Shown here: piece after piece, positions 27,815-37,992 of the stretch
Numbering within the stretch: the first letter of the stretch is position 1
Layout of the letters: every line of letters starts with the position of its first letter
NCBI GenBank assembly: GCA_046313635.1
Contig: JBKBYA010000003.1
Coordinates: 216,769-280,768, forward strand
Direction of reading: 5' to 3'
Source of the DNA: Pyrinomonadaceae bacterium
GTDB taxonomy: Bacteria; Acidobacteriota; Blastocatellia; Pyrinomonadales; Pyrinomonadaceae
DNA: 64,000 nt
Notes under the pieces: generated by a model
What the model was told of the DNA's origin: nothing
The model's database searches: none
Seen by the model: the letters and a program-made list of their open reading frames with translations, nothing else
Position numbers and translations under genes: made by a program

Positions 27815-29269
27815 TCACAGCTTGACGCAGACATTCTTCTCTTCCGTAAAAAACTTCAGCGCCTCGAATCCGCCCTCGCGGCCGAGGCCGCTGTCTTTTA
27901 CGCCGCCGAATGGCGTTCTGAGATCTCGCACGAGCCAGCAGTTGATCCAGACGACGCCGGCCTCGAGGCGGGCTGCAACGCGGTGGGCGCGGGAGAGATT
28001 TTCGGTCCAGACGGTCGACGACAGACCGTAGCGGACGCTGTTTGCGTAGCCGAGAACTTCTTCCTCGGTGTCGAACGGCGTGATCGTCACTACCGGGCCA
28101 AAGATCTCTTCCTGATTGGTGCGGCAGTCGTGCGATAGGCCTTCGATGATGGTCGGCTCGATGAAGTAACCGTCGGCGCAGCGGCCGTCGAGATCGACCT
28201 GCTTGCCGCCGGTGAGGATGCGGCCGCCTTCCTGCTGGGCCAGATCGATGTACGACATTATCTTTTCAAAGTGCGGCCGCGAGACGATCGCGCCGACATC
28301 GGTGTCGTCGGCGAGCGGGTCGCCGACCTTGAGCTTTGAAACGCGTTGGACAAAGTCGCTTTTGAATTGCTCGTACATCGGCCGCTCGACAAAGATGCGC
28401 GAGCCGCAGAGACATATCTGGCCCTGATTCGCGAATGACGAACGCACGGTCGTCGCGAGCATCTCGTCGTAGCTGCAGTCGGCGAAGATGATGTTCGGAT
28501 TTTTGCCGCCGAGCTCAAGCGAGAGCTTTTTGAATCGCGGCGCGGCGAGGCCGGCGATCGTCTCGCCCGTTTTGGTACCGCCGGTGAACGAGATCGCTTT
28601 TACATCTTTGTGCGAGACGATCGCGGTGCCGACCTTTGGGCCGAGACCGTGAACGATGTTGAGCACGCCGGCGGGCAGGCCGGCCTCGATGCAGAGCTTT
28701 GAGAGCAGATACGCGGTCATCGGCGTGACCTCGCTCGGCTTCGCGACGACGGTGCAGCCTGCGGCAAGAGCGGGCGCGACCTTCCAGGTAAAGAGATAGA
28801 GCGGCAGATTCCATGGGCTTATGCAGCCGACGACGCCGAGCGGGTGCCGCAGCGTGTAGTTGATCGCCCGCCCGCCGCCGGCGAGCGAGGTGTCGTGCGA
28901 CTCGCTGAAGGCGTGAATCGCGGCGGTCGCGTAAAACCTGAAGTTTGCCGACGCCCGTGGGATGTCCATCGCCCGCGCGAGAGCGAGCGGCTTGCCGTTG
29001 TCCACACATTCCGCCCGTGCAAGCTCTTCGGCGTCGCGCTCGATGAGCGAGACGAGACGCATCAATACCTCGGACCTCGACTCGGCCGGCATCCGCGACC
29101 ATTCTTCAAAAGCCGCGCCGGCCGCCGCCGCGGCACGCTCGACGTCGCGCTCGTCCGAGTCGGGCGTGAGCGAGTAGACCTCGCCCGTCGCCGGATCGAG
29201 ATTGTCCAGATAACTGCCTGACACCGGAGCGACGAGCTCGCCGCCGATAAGGTTTTGGATCTTGTTCAT
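27815..29269 (-). CDS. Aldehyde dehydrogenase, probable 2-aminomuconate semialdehyde dehydrogenase
   Basis: ISPWNLPL, KPSE, FTGGT, LELGGKNP, NQGQICLCGSR, EEIFGP, WLVRDLRTPFGG. Confidence 0.88.
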   Translation of the reverse strand: MNKIQNLIGGELVAPVSGSYLDNLDPATGEVYSLTPDSDERDVERAAAAAGAAFEEWSRMPAESRSEVLMRLVSLIERDAEELARAECVDNGKPLALARAMDIPRASANFRFYATAAIHAFSESHDTSLAGGGRAINYTLRHPLGVVGCISPWNLPLYLFTWKVAPALAAGCTVVAKPSEVTPMTAYLLSKLCIEAGLPAGVLNIVHGLGPKVGTAIVSHKDVKAISFTGGTKTGETIAGLAAPRFKKLSLELGGKNPNIIFADCSYDEMLATTVRSSFANQGQICLCGSRIFVERPMYEQFKSDFVQRVSKLKVGDPLADDTDVGAIVSRPHFEKIMSYIDLAQQEGGRILTGGKQVDLDGRCADGYFIEPTIIEGLSHDCRTNQEEIFGPVVTITPFDTEEEVLGYANSVRYGLSSTVWTENLSRAHRVAARLEAGVVWINCWLVRDLRTPFGGVKDSGLGREGGFEALKFFTEEKNVCVKL

Positions 29270-29436
29270 TGCTGGTCGGGTCTCGGGTCGATTCTAGCAT
29301 CGCAGGCCGCCCGGCCCAGAGTTTGTCATAAGCGCGGGTGACACGATCAGGCGGAGCGCTTCGCGTTGCTTGTCGTGGACGCCCCCAGAAGAGCGAGCGT
29401 CGATGCAGTTTGCAATTTATACCAAGGAGCAATTTT

Positions 29437-31131
29437 ATGACACCCACTACCAAACAACTGTTACGCGGCGGAGCGCTTTGCGTCGCGGCCGTACTTTCGC
29501 TGGCCGGCTTTTTGATCAGCGGCCCGTCAGGCCGGATGGAGTCGGGCCCCGCTTCGCGGGCGATCGTCTTTGATCGCTACGACGCCGAATTCGGAACAAG
29601 CAAGATCTTTGTGACCGATGCGGCCGGCAGTCAGGTCGTCGAGATCGGGAGCGGATTCAGCCCTTCGTGGTCGCCGGACGGGACAAAGATCGCGTTTGCC
29701 GACGCCGAGAATGGCGGCGAGACGACCGACATTTACACGATGAACGCAGACGGCAGCGGCCGGACGCGCGTCACATACAACTACACCAGCTACGCGCCTG
29801 AGTGGTCGCCGCTCGGCGATCGCATCGCATTCGTCAGCACGCACGAGGGCAACAGTCACATCTACATCGTCAACGTCGACGGTACAAACCAGCAAAGGCT
29901 CGCCCTCCCGGACGGCGAGTTCCTCAGCGAAGGCTCGCCCGTCTGGACGCCGGACGGTACGGGCATCGTGTTTCAGGGAACGATCGAAACACCTGCCGGA
30001 GCCCGCGACGACTACTACCGGGCCGACGCGGCAAACAGCGGAGCGGTCCAGCGTCTGACGTACGTCAACGCGCTCTTTGACGCGGGCAAATCGTCGATCT
30101 CACCCGACGGCACAAAGCTCGTGACGCGGTACCAGCACAGCATTCAGGCCTTTGCTCTCGACGGCAGCCAGACGGTGACAAACCTTACCGCGGGAATGGC
30201 CGAGCAGCCGTACGATCCCGATTTTGCCGCGGGCGGGACCCGCATCGTCTTTGCAAAGGGCGACTACCTCGCCGTGATGCGCGCTGACGGAAGCGACGTC
30301 GTCAGTCTCGACGTCGCCGGCACCCGGCCCGATTGGAACCCGACGGTGGTCGTCGTCGATCCGACGCCGACACCGACCGCGACGCCGACCCCGAGCGTCG
30401 ATCTCGCCGTGCATGCATCGGCCGCTCCGGCGACGGTTGCGGTGGGCGGCCAGACGACCTTTACCGTCACGATCACCAATCCGGGCGCGTTCGTCGCGAC
30501 CGACGTTCATCTCACGGCGCCCATCGCCGCGGGCCTGACGATCGGGCAGATAAACGCGGGGCAGGGGAGCTGCACCGCGGCGAATGGCGCCATCGACTGC
30601 ACGCTCGGCGCGATCGCGGGCAATTCGTCGGTGACGGTCACGATCGCCGCGACCGTGAACGCCGCCGGATACATCGGCACGACCTTCACCGTCGCGGCCG
30701 CCGAGGCTGATCCCGACCTCGGCAACAACTCGCAGGCCGCCGGCGTGACCGGCACGGCGACGACGCCTTGCGCCCCGCCGCTTATCGAGCAGGTCGAGCT
30801 GCGAGACAACGGCCATTGGACCCGCGACGAGCGGACCGGCATCGACACGCTGCGGACGACGATCCGCAACCGCTCGGGCCGTACGCTCGACGCACGGGTG
30901 ATGTTTGTCATCACGATCAACACGCCCGGCGTGACGATCGACCCGAGCGCCGTCGCCGGCTACACGCAGTGTACGACGCCGAACGGGCTGCCGTACCTGG
31001 TCGCGTACGCTCCGAACAAAAAGGAGTGGAAGCCGAATCAGGACATCACGGTCCGGATCCCTTTCGTCAACCCGAGCCGCGGCGGCATCGACTGGACGTG
31101 GGCGTGGTACGGCGGATCGCTGAATCCGTAA
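29437..31131 (+). CDS. Exported TolB-like (PD40) beta-propeller + DUF11 Ig-like domain protein
   Basis: PSWSPDGTKIAF, PEWSPLGDRIAF, PTPTP linker, VDLAV...FTVTITNPG...DPDLGNN; AAGGAG RBS before ATG 29437. Confidence 0.85.
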   Translation: MTPTTKQLLRGGALCVAAVLSLAGFLISGPSGRMESGPASRAIVFDRYDAEFGTSKIFVTDAAGSQVVEIGSGFSPSWSPDGTKIAFADAENGGETTDIYTMNADGSGRTRVTYNYTSYAPEWSPLGDRIAFVSTHEGNSHIYIVNVDGTNQQRLALPDGEFLSEGSPVWTPDGTGIVFQGTIETPAGARDDYYRADAANSGAVQRLTYVNALFDAGKSSISPDGTKLVTRYQHSIQAFALDGSQTVTNLTAGMAEQPYDPDFAAGGTRIVFAKGDYLAVMRADGSDVVSLDVAGTRPDWNPTVVVVDPTPTPTATPTPSVDLAVHASAAPATVAVGGQTTFTVTITNPGAFVATDVHLTAPIAAGLTIGQINAGQGSCTAANGAIDCTLGAIAGNSSVTVTIAATVNAAGYIGTTFTVAAAEADPDLGNNSQAAGVTGTATTPCAPPLIEQVELRDNGHWTRDERTGIDTLRTTIRNRSGRTLDARVMFVITINTPGVTIDPSAVAGYTQCTTPNGLPYLVAYAPNKKEWKPNQDITVRIPFVNPSRGGIDWTWAWYGGSLNP

Positions 31132-31156
31132 GTTCGCTCGATAGCGAGCATGCAAA

Positions 31157-31185
31157 AGGGGCCGTCAACAGCGGCCCCTCTTTTT
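31157..31185. terminator. Rho-independent terminator between convergent genes
   Basis: AGGGGCCG-loop-CGGCCCCT followed by a T tract, with an A tract upstream. Confidence 0.75.
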
Positions 31186-31205
31186 GTCCGGGTACGATCG
31201 ACAAG

Positions 31206-32387
31206 CTACGGCACGCGCCCGTATTTTTTGAGCAAAGCTTTTACTTCGTCGAGCGGCAGCGCCTGCACGGCCCGCTTGTCTCGGCCGGTGACGGTCGTCG
31301 CTCGGAAAAGCGAATTGTAGATCGCCTCTTCCGTCGCCTCGATCACGGCCTGAAAGAGCGGCGACATCGCGTCGTTGCCGAGGACCTTTACGGTGCGAAG
31401 TTTGTCGGAGGCACGAATGCGGTTTTCCACCACTGTGGAAAACGCGATCGCGTAATCGCCGCTGCCGTTGGTCATCGACGAGCCCGTACGCGCAAGCCCG
31501 GCCATCGAACGCTCGGCCAATCGTCTGAGCTGTCGATGGTCGAGCGGCGCGTCCGTCGCGATCACGATGATGATCGAACCGTCCGCCGATTCCGGATCGC
31601 GGAATTCGGATTGCGGATTTGCCGACGCCGCGATGGCGTCTTTCAGGTAATACTTCCCAAGCTCGACTCCGACCGGTGCTCCGTCGATCGTCAGCACGCC
31701 GCCGAAATTTGTCTGCACGAGCACGCCGAGCGTGTAGCTGCCGAGCGATGGGGGCAGCTTTCGCGAAGCGGTGCCGATACCGCCCTTCCAGCCGAAAGCG
31801 ACCGTGCCCGTGCCGGCGCCGACGGAGCCCTCGTCGACGGCTCCGGACCTCGCATTTTTGATCGCGTTAAAAACATCTTCGCGCGTGACGTGGCGGCCGC
31901 GAATGTCGTTGAGAGATCCGTCGTTCGTCTCGGCGACGAGCGGATTGATCGACTGCACGTTCTCGTTGCCCGGCAGCGCGAGCATATAGTCGAGCAGGAA
32001 GTCCGCGGTCCGCGGCACCGCGAGCGTCGATGTAAGCAGGATCGGCGTCTCGATCTCGCCGAGCTCGTTGACCTGCGTCGAGCCGGCAAGCTTGCCAAAG
32101 CCGTTGCCGACGTAAACGGCGCCCGGAACTTTTTCTTGAAACAGATTCCCGCCGTGCGGCAAGATCGCCGTCACGCCGGTACGGATGCTGTCCCCGCGAA
32201 TGATCGTCGTCTGTCCGACCGCGACGCCGGGCACGTCGGTGATCGCGTTGAGAGCGCCGGTCGAGAGTATGCCGATCTTCAAACCGATGTCGCGCGCACG
32301 CGGCCGTTCGGCCTGCGACTGAGCCGCCGCAGACGCGCTCAGCGAAGCGATCGACAGCAGGAGAATTGCGACACGAGCGGACCTCAT
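31206..32387 (-). CDS. DmpA/P1 (S58) family aminopeptidase, exported
   Basis: NAITDVPGVAVG, RTGVTAILP, NGFGKLAG, EGSVGAGTG, GSIIIVIATDAPL, GSGDYAIAFST. Confidence 0.9.
   Translation of the reverse strand: MRSARVAILLLSIASLSASAAAQSQAERPRARDIGLKIGILSTGALNAITDVPGVAVGQTTIIRGDSIRTGVTAILPHGGNLFQEKVPGAVYVGNGFGKLAGSTQVNELGEIETPILLTSTLAVPRTADFLLDYMLALPGNENVQSINPLVAETNDGSLNDIRGRHVTREDVFNAIKNARSGAVDEGSVGAGTGTVAFGWKGGIGTASRKLPPSLGSYTLGVLVQTNFGGVLTIDGAPVGVELGKYYLKDAIAASANPQSEFRDPESADGSIIIVIATDAPLDHRQLRRLAERSMAGLARTGSSMTNGSGDYAIAFSTVVENRIRASDKLRTVKVLGNDAMSPLFQAVIEATEEAIYNSLFRATTVTGRDKRAVQALPLDEVKALLKKYGRVP
31585..31619. repeat. Five degenerate in-phase heptamers within the DmpA gene
   Basis: GCCGATT CCGGATC GCGGAAT TCGGATT GCGGATT; translated on minus as NPQSEFRDPES. 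Confidence 0.5.
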
Positions 32388-32396
32388 CGATCTCTC

Positions 32397-32990
32397 TTAC
32401 ACCTTCGCGAATGTCAGGCCGGTCTGACCTTGATACTTGCCGCCGCGGTCGTCGTACGAGACCGCGCAGTCCTCGTCGGATTCGAAGAAGAGTATCTGGC
32501 CGATGCCCTCGTTGACGTAAACGCGCAGCGGCAGATTGGCAAGATTCGCGATCTCGACGACGAGCCGGCCTGTCCATCCGGCCTCGAGCGGCGTGGTGTT
32601 GACGAGCAGCCCGGCGCGGGCGTACGTCGACTTGCCGAGCGCGACGCCGGTCACGTTGCGCGGCATCTTGAACGTCTCGACCGTCACGCCGAGCCCGTAA
32701 TGATGCGGCGGCAAGAGGTAGTAGCGCGAACCGTCGTCGGCCGTCTGCAGCTCGGGCTCGACGAGCGAGTACTGCTCGTCAAACTTTTTCGGATCGATCT
32801 CTTTGGCGTGGACCGACGAAAAGATGCGAAAGCCGTCGTCGGCAAGGCGCATATCGTAGCCGTAGCTCGACGCGCCGGCCGAGATGATCTTGCTGCCGTT
32901 GGCCTCGCGGACGAGCTCGGGCAAAAACGGATCGATCATTCCCCGCTCCTCGGCCATGCGGCGAAGCCAGATATCTGATTTGATGGTCAT
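32397..32990 (-). CDS. dcd: dCTP deaminase
   Basis: SSYGYDMRL, GKSTYARAG, TPLEAGWTG, NEGIGQ, SYDDRGGKYQGQ. Confidence 0.95.
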   Translation of the reverse strand: MTIKSDIWLRRMAEERGMIDPFLPELVREANGSKIISAGASSYGYDMRLADDGFRIFSSVHAKEIDPKKFDEQYSLVEPELQTADDGSRYYLLPPHHYGLGVTVETFKMPRNVTGVALGKSTYARAGLLVNTTPLEAGWTGRLVVEIANLANLPLRVYVNEGIGQILFFESDEDCAVSYDDRGGKYQGQTGLTFAKV

Positions 32991-33054
32991 AAAAAGTTTG
33001 AGCCGCCGCTTAGGACGCGACGACTCAAAATCGTAAGCGAACTGCGCGTCGAAC

Positions 33055-33903
33055 TCAATCGCCGCTCCCGATATGCCGCAAACGCAGCGTGCCGTCGCCG
33101 ACGGTGAACTTCATCGACACGCCGCCGGCGCCGGCGCGTGCGGCGATCGAGCGTTCGGTAGGCGGAGCCGTGCGGACGCGCGGCTTGAGACCGCCGAGCG
33201 CGTTCTCGATCTTGCCCGTTCGCAGGATGGCCGCGTCGAGCTCGGCGCTCAGATTTACCGGAAAGCGGACGTCCATCGTGCCGCTCGCGAGCTGCACGTC
33301 GATCGCGTTGCCGCGCCAGCTGCGGTCGGGCATCGTGATCGCGACCGTGCCTTTGCCGAATGTCGCGTTGAGTCCGCCGCCGACGAGATCGAGTTTTGCA
33401 GTCGACTCGAGCGAGTTGACGCGGATCGCTCCCTCGACGCCGCCGATCGTGATGTCGCCGCGGCCGCCGCTGATCTCGAGATCGCAGTAGCGCGGCACGC
33501 CGATCACATAGTCGATGCGGAAGGGCAGGCCGATCAGATTCTTCGGAAGTTTTTTGGGCAGTCGTTTGACGAATTTCGTGTCGTGCGTTCCGGTCGAGAT
33601 GATCGACACGCGGCCGAGGCCCTCCTGCACGACAAAGGTGGTGATCTCGGCCAAGCGAGCGAGGTCGGCTTCGCTTGGGGCCTGCAGCTCGATCCGGGCC
33701 TCGATCTCGACCTCGCTGCCGCGGGCCGGACGGACGGTGATCGAGCCCTCGGGCGCGCCGACCACCGCGACCGTTCCGCCCGCGCCGAAATCCATCCGGT
33801 CGGTCTTGGTCGTCGTCCGTTTGATCAGTGTCGACTGCGAAAAGGCGGACAGGCCAAGTGCGGCGACGACCGCAGGCACCAGTAACAGCGATTTGAATTT
33901 CAT
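33055..33903 (-). CDS. Exported DUF4097-like beta-strand repeat protein
   Basis: Signal peptide; repeated GxI/GDI beta motifs; context with ECF and anti-sigma genes. Confidence 0.65.
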   Translation of the reverse strand: MKFKSLLLVPAVVAALGLSAFSQSTLIKRTTTKTDRMDFGAGGTVAVVGAPEGSITVRPARGSEVEIEARIELQAPSEADLARLAEITTFVVQEGLGRVSIISTGTHDTKFVKRLPKKLPKNLIGLPFRIDYVIGVPRYCDLEISGGRGDITIGGVEGAIRVNSLESTAKLDLVGGGLNATFGKGTVAITMPDRSWRGNAIDVQLASGTMDVRFPVNLSAELDAAILRTGKIENALGGLKPRVRTAPPTERSIAARAGAGGVSMKFTVGDGTLRLRHIGSGD

Positions 33904-33972
33904 TTGAATTCGGGTCGAGGAGAGATGACGGGTGAATGTTACGCGCCGCCGACAAACCGCGTCAACATGCTT

Positions 33973-34752
33973 CTAGCGTGTGATAAAGGTGATCACGCCG
34001 CGCTGGTTAGTGACGTGGATAACTGCGCTGCCGTCGCCCGCCTGGCCTATCACCTGCCGGCCGTCGCCGAGATAGCGCAGGTTAGAGCCGGTGAGCGGGC
34101 CGAGATTGATGCTGCGGGTCGAGTAGGCGGTCGCCTTTAACTTGAAGTTCGACGGGAAAGGGATGCGCAGATTGATCGCGCCCTGCATCGAGGCAAAACG
34201 GTAATTGCCGCCCGCGACGATCTCGCCGTCAAAGAAGATATCGCCAGTTACGTTCTCGGCCGAGACGGTCGCGGCGACGATATTCGTCAGCGTGATGTCG
34301 CCCTCGCTGGTGATATGTGCCCGGACGAGACCGCTGCGAACGTTGCTGACCTTCAAGTTCCCGATCTTGGTCTCGATGTCGACCTTGGCGGTGTTGGGTA
34401 CGCGGATGGTGAAGTTGACGTCGCCCGTGCCGCGCCCCGAGTTGTCGCGGACGAGATCGATCAGGATCACGTCGCCAACGATCTGGGGCCGGATCTCGGC
34501 GGCCGGTGTGACGAGAAATGCGGTTATCGAGACCACCGGGCGGTCCCAGCCCTCGACCGTGACGGTGCCCGTCTTGTTGGTAAGCTGCAGTCTGATATTC
34601 TGCCCGGTCTGGAAGCTCTGCGAGTACCTTTTCTGCGCCGCGGCCGGGGCCGGCCAAAGCAGCAGCATAAAAAAAACTACGCTCGACAGAAGTGCAATCG
34701 TAGTCTTCGGTGCCGCAGAGCGGCAATGAAGTTTGGTCGAGGGAAAGGTCAT
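33973..34752 (-). CDS. Exported DUF4097-like beta-strand repeat protein
   Basis: LTNKTGTVTVEGWDR, IRVP...ETKIGNL, SEGDI, VTGDI, SMQGAINLRIP; start uncertain. Confidence 0.72.
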   Translation of the reverse strand: MTFPSTKLHCRSAAPKTTIALLSSVVFFMLLLWPAPAAAQKRYSQSFQTGQNIRLQLTNKTGTVTVEGWDRPVVSITAFLVTPAAEIRPQIVGDVILIDLVRDNSGRGTGDVNFTIRVPNTAKVDIETKIGNLKVSNVRSGLVRAHITSEGDITLTNIVAATVSAENVTGDIFFDGEIVAGGNYRFASMQGAINLRIPFPSNFKLKATAYSTRSINLGPLTGSNLRYLGDGRQVIGQAGDGSAVIHVTNQRGVITFITR

Positions 34753-34769
34753 TTCCAATACAACGGGAC

Positions 34770-35519
34770 CTAGAGCTCTGAGAACTCGCGCAGCAGGTTC
34801 ATCTTTTCGTCCAGCGCCGAGTCGAGCATCTCGCCCGTTATGTCGTCCTCCGGATCTTGTTCGAGGATCGCCTGGTAGTCCCTGACCGACTCGTTGATTA
34901 CGTTCAGGTTGCGGTCAAACGCCTCTCGCATACGCGCATCCCACTGGCTGCGTCTGAGCTCGACACGCTGGTTCCAGTATTCGATCGCGGCCTGCAGCTC
35001 TCGAATGCGGCGCTCGCGGGCCTGCTGCGGCGTCTCGATAAGACCAGCCTTGCCGAGGAGCTTTTCGAATGTCGTGACTGACTCGCTCGAGCGCGCCGTA
35101 AAGTCGGTTGCGGCCGGCGTCATGTAATTCTTGATCCCGACGACGGTCAAAAGCGAGCTGATCACGGCGACCGCGAGCAGACCCGAGGCAAGCTGGGGGA
35201 ACGAGAGCCGCCAGAAGCGCCGCTTTTCACTGGCCTGTTCCTCGAGCCGCGACTCTTCGGCGGCGCGGGCGATCTCGAGACGGTCCAGCTCGCCCTCGAT
35301 AATGTTGTTGATGCGGCACCAGAGAGCCTGCGAATTAGGCGGCACGAGAGCCTCGGCATCCTCCGCCGCGCAGAGGTCGATCATCGACGCGATCTCCTCG
35401 CACACCTGAGCACAAGGCACGCAAAGCGCCAGGTGCTCCCGGACGCCGCTCGCTCGAGATTCGTCGAGGTCGTTGTCCAGAAACCGGCTGATAAGTGCTT
35501 TGCAGTCGTCGCAGTTCAT
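34770..35519 (-). CDS. zf-HC2 transmembrane anti-sigma factor
   Basis: MNCDDC...HLALCVPC zinc motif, one TM segment, helical C-terminus. Confidence 0.85.
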   Translation of the reverse strand: MNCDDCKALISRFLDNDLDESRASGVREHLALCVPCAQVCEEIASMIDLCAAEDAEALVPPNSQALWCRINNIIEGELDRLEIARAAEESRLEEQASEKRRFWRLSFPQLASGLLAVAVISSLLTVVGIKNYMTPAATDFTARSSESVTTFEKLLGKAGLIETPQQARERRIRELQAAIEYWNQRVELRRSQWDARMREAFDRNLNVINESVRDYQAILEQDPEDDITGEMLDSALDEKMNLLREFSEL

Positions 35520-35743
35520 TTTCGTTACAGCAGGCCGCAGAGGAGGCGGTCCCGGCCGACCGTTCGAGAGATGTTAACCGTATCTATCGGTCCAAATACT
35601 AGATTATGTGTCAACAGCAAACGTTGCCCGACGCTCGGGCCGCTGCATCATCAAAATCTGACCACGACCGAAACACTCGAGAGACGCACGGCGACGGCCG
35701 CGAAGGCGTCCGCGGAGAGGTTTTGATATCGCGGTTTTTGAAA

Positions 35744-36424
35744 CTAGTCGTTCTGCCTGGCAAGGAGCGCACGCAGCTTGAGTCTCGCCTTATGAAGCTG
35801 CGATTTTGAAGTGCCGACCGATATTCCGAGCAGCCGTGCGACCTCCTCGTGCTCAAAGCCTTTCACGTCGTGCAGGACAAAGACGTTCCGGTAGCCGTTG
35901 GGCAGCTCGGCGATCGCCTTTTTGAGCGCGATGCGGTCGACGACAGGCATGCGGTTCGGATCTGATGTGCCGTGCACGATCTGCTCCGGCATCTCGCCGT
36001 CCTCGGATGTCTTTTCGTTCTTGAAGCTGCGCCGGCGAAAGTGCATCAGCACCTGATTGATCGTCAGGCGATGCAGCCACGTCGAGAAGGCCGAATCGCC
36101 GCGAAAGCTGCCGATCTTGCGAAAAAGCTGGATAAAGACCTCCTGCGTCAGGTCTTCGGCCTCGGCGGCGCTGTTTGTCATCCTCATGCAGAGGCTGTAC
36201 GTACGGCGGTGATACCTCTGATAAATGAGCTCGAAAGCCGCGAGATTCCCTTCGGCGGCAAGCCGGCAAAGCTCGAGGTCAGGCGCCGATACGTCTAACG
36301 CCGGCGCGGGGTCTGCGGCCGACGGCACCACCTGCGTGACCGGGGCGGAAAAGACCGACTGCTCGACGGATTCGTCAAATCCGCATGAAAGATCGGCGTC
36401 GAGTGCCGCGGAATTCGAGTTCAT
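35744..36424 (-). CDS. ECF sigma-70 factor
   Basis: [51 protein letters not shown]; start ATG 36424 probable. Confidence 0.93.
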   Translation of the reverse strand: MNSNSAALDADLSCGFDESVEQSVFSAPVTQVVPSAADPAPALDVSAPDLELCRLAAEGNLAAFELIYQRYHRRTYSLCMRMTNSAAEAEDLTQEVFIQLFRKIGSFRGDSAFSTWLHRLTINQVLMHFRRRSFKNEKTSEDGEMPEQIVHGTSDPNRMPVVDRIALKKAIAELPNGYRNVFVLHDVKGFEHEEVARLLGISVGTSKSQLHKARLKLRALLARQND

Positions 36425-36573
36425 TTTGACTCCGGCTAAATGGTTGGATTTTAAGACTTCGTCGGCGTCTATGATGTGGCACCTCCGGGGCCGGTTGCTT
36501 TGATACGCCAGAATTTTATGACGAAAGCGACATAAAGGTAAAGCAATTGATCTCTTACGCACGGCTCCTCCGC

Positions 36574-37527
36574 TCACGTCATCGCAAGCACGATGCTTCG
36601 TTCCGAGAGATCGCCGAATGGACGCCGGCCGTGCATCGCCAGGATGTTGTCGACAATAACGAGGTCGTTCGCCTCCCAGCGATGAGGGCTCTCGTTGTCT
36701 CGCAGGACCGAGCGGATGTGATCGATCGCCGCCTCGGGGATCGGCGATCCGTCGTCGCCGAAACCGCACGCGAGTCGCGGCCGACCGCTAGTGTCGCCGG
36801 CCGGCCCGGCGTAGAAGCCCGCCGCCTGATTGAACCACACCTCTTCGCCCGTCAGCGGGTGCGTCGTCGTGGCAGGGCCCTGCTGCTCGAGCCGCAGCGA
36901 GCCGTCCTTGAGCCATTTGAATTCGATACGTCCGCCGGCGCATATACGCTCGACCGCCCAACGGTCCTCGGTGCCGAAAGCGTCCTGCCATGAGCAGCCG
37001 CTGCCTGCGTCGGACGCGAGGTTGCGGATGTAAGCGATGCCGCGACGCTTGAACTCGTCGACCAGGTACGGATCGATCTCTGCGAGGACGCGGCGACCGT
37101 CGCCGAGTGTCGTTTCTCCGCCCGCGTCGGGCGGCGCGATGCAGAAAAAGAAGAGCAGCTCAGGATACGCCGTCGCGTAAGACAGTTCGTTGTGCAGCGG
37201 TATCGCCAACGCCGGCGGGTAGTCGGTCGAGATGTACGTCCCCGTCGGGCCCAAACTCCGCCGCGGCGACGCTCCGCCTGTATAACCAAACAGCTGCCTC
37301 CCCGCGAATCGACGTGCAAATTCGGCAAGGTCGTCAACGCTTACGTCTCGCAAACCCCGGATCAGTACCGCTCCCGAGCTGAGCAAATGCGATCTGATCC
37401 CGAAAAAGACTTCATCGTCGAGCTCGCTGAGCGAGACAAAGGAGCGCGAGACCAACGGTACGGCCGGGAGGGCCGGACGCGACATTTGTGCGGCGCAGGC
37501 GGAGGGAGCGATCGAGCGGCTAGTCAT
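36574..37527 (-). CDS. TauD/TfdA (SyrP-like) Fe(II)/2-oxoglutarate dioxygenase
   Basis: [16 protein letters not shown] (HxE), [27 protein letters not shown]. Confidence 0.88.
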   Translation of the reverse strand: MTSRSIAPSACAAQMSRPALPAVPLVSRSFVSLSELDDEVFFGIRSHLLSSGAVLIRGLRDVSVDDLAEFARRFAGRQLFGYTGGASPRRSLGPTGTYISTDYPPALAIPLHNELSYATAYPELLFFFCIAPPDAGGETTLGDGRRVLAEIDPYLVDEFKRRGIAYIRNLASDAGSGCSWQDAFGTEDRWAVERICAGGRIEFKWLKDGSLRLEQQGPATTTHPLTGEEVWFNQAAGFYAGPAGDTSGRPRLACGFGDDGSPIPEAAIDHIRSVLRDNESPHRWEANDLVIVDNILAMHGRRPFGDLSERSIVLAMT

Positions 37528-37686
37528 TTCGGCGCCATCACTCTATCAGCGTCGCGGCCGCGCGATTGTAGCCTGCCGAACAAACCGCCGGCGAACCGGG
37601 CTGATAGGTTCTATTTAGCGCGTTGTAGGTCCGGTCAGAGACATCACCGCGGTCGCATCGAGATCGCGGAAGGGAGGGATCGTGAA

Positions 37687-37992
37687 TTGAAATCGCTGTC
37701 ATTAGCAGACCACGCCTCTGAGGAGACCGCCAACGGCTCCGGTGCTCGCCGCGATCCTCGTATCGAATATCCGTCAACGGTCTCGCTCGATCCGGGCGTC
37801 GGCGTCGACCGGTCGCTCGGTCTCGACGATCATTCCGCCGAGCGCATCGCGCAGAGAGCCGCGGGGGCCGACGACCGATCCGACGTGGGCTTCGCTTCGC
37901 CGATCCCGTCGTCTAACGCCGCCGCGATCGACGCGCGGCGGACGGGCAGAATGCTTACCGCTGATCACGACGGCGGAGGTCTCGCGCGATGA
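37687..37992 (+). CDS. Putative 101-aa low-complexity Asp/Ser/Ala/Arg-rich protein (TTG start)
   Basis: GGAGG at 37673-37677, TTG at 37687, stop overlaps the next start (ATGA 37989-37992); it is the 3' part of track ORF 37192..37992. Confidence 0.45.
   Translation: MKSLSLADHASEETANGSGARRDPRIEYPSTVSLDPGVGVDRSLGLDDHSAERIAQRAAGADDRSDVGFASPIPSSNAAAIDARRTGRMLTADHDGGGLAR

Noticed and set aside
30360..30395. CCGAC(G/A/C) repeats
   Set aside because: Ordinary Pro-Thr linker coding.
30768..32978. 736-aa + strand ORF
   Set aside because: Antisense shadow of dmpA and dcd; Arg-rich with no motifs, typical of high-GC DNA.
37192..37686. 5' part of the 266-aa ORF 37192..37992
   Set aside because: Overlaps the TauD-like gene antisense; only the portion after the RBS/TTG at 37687 is plausible.
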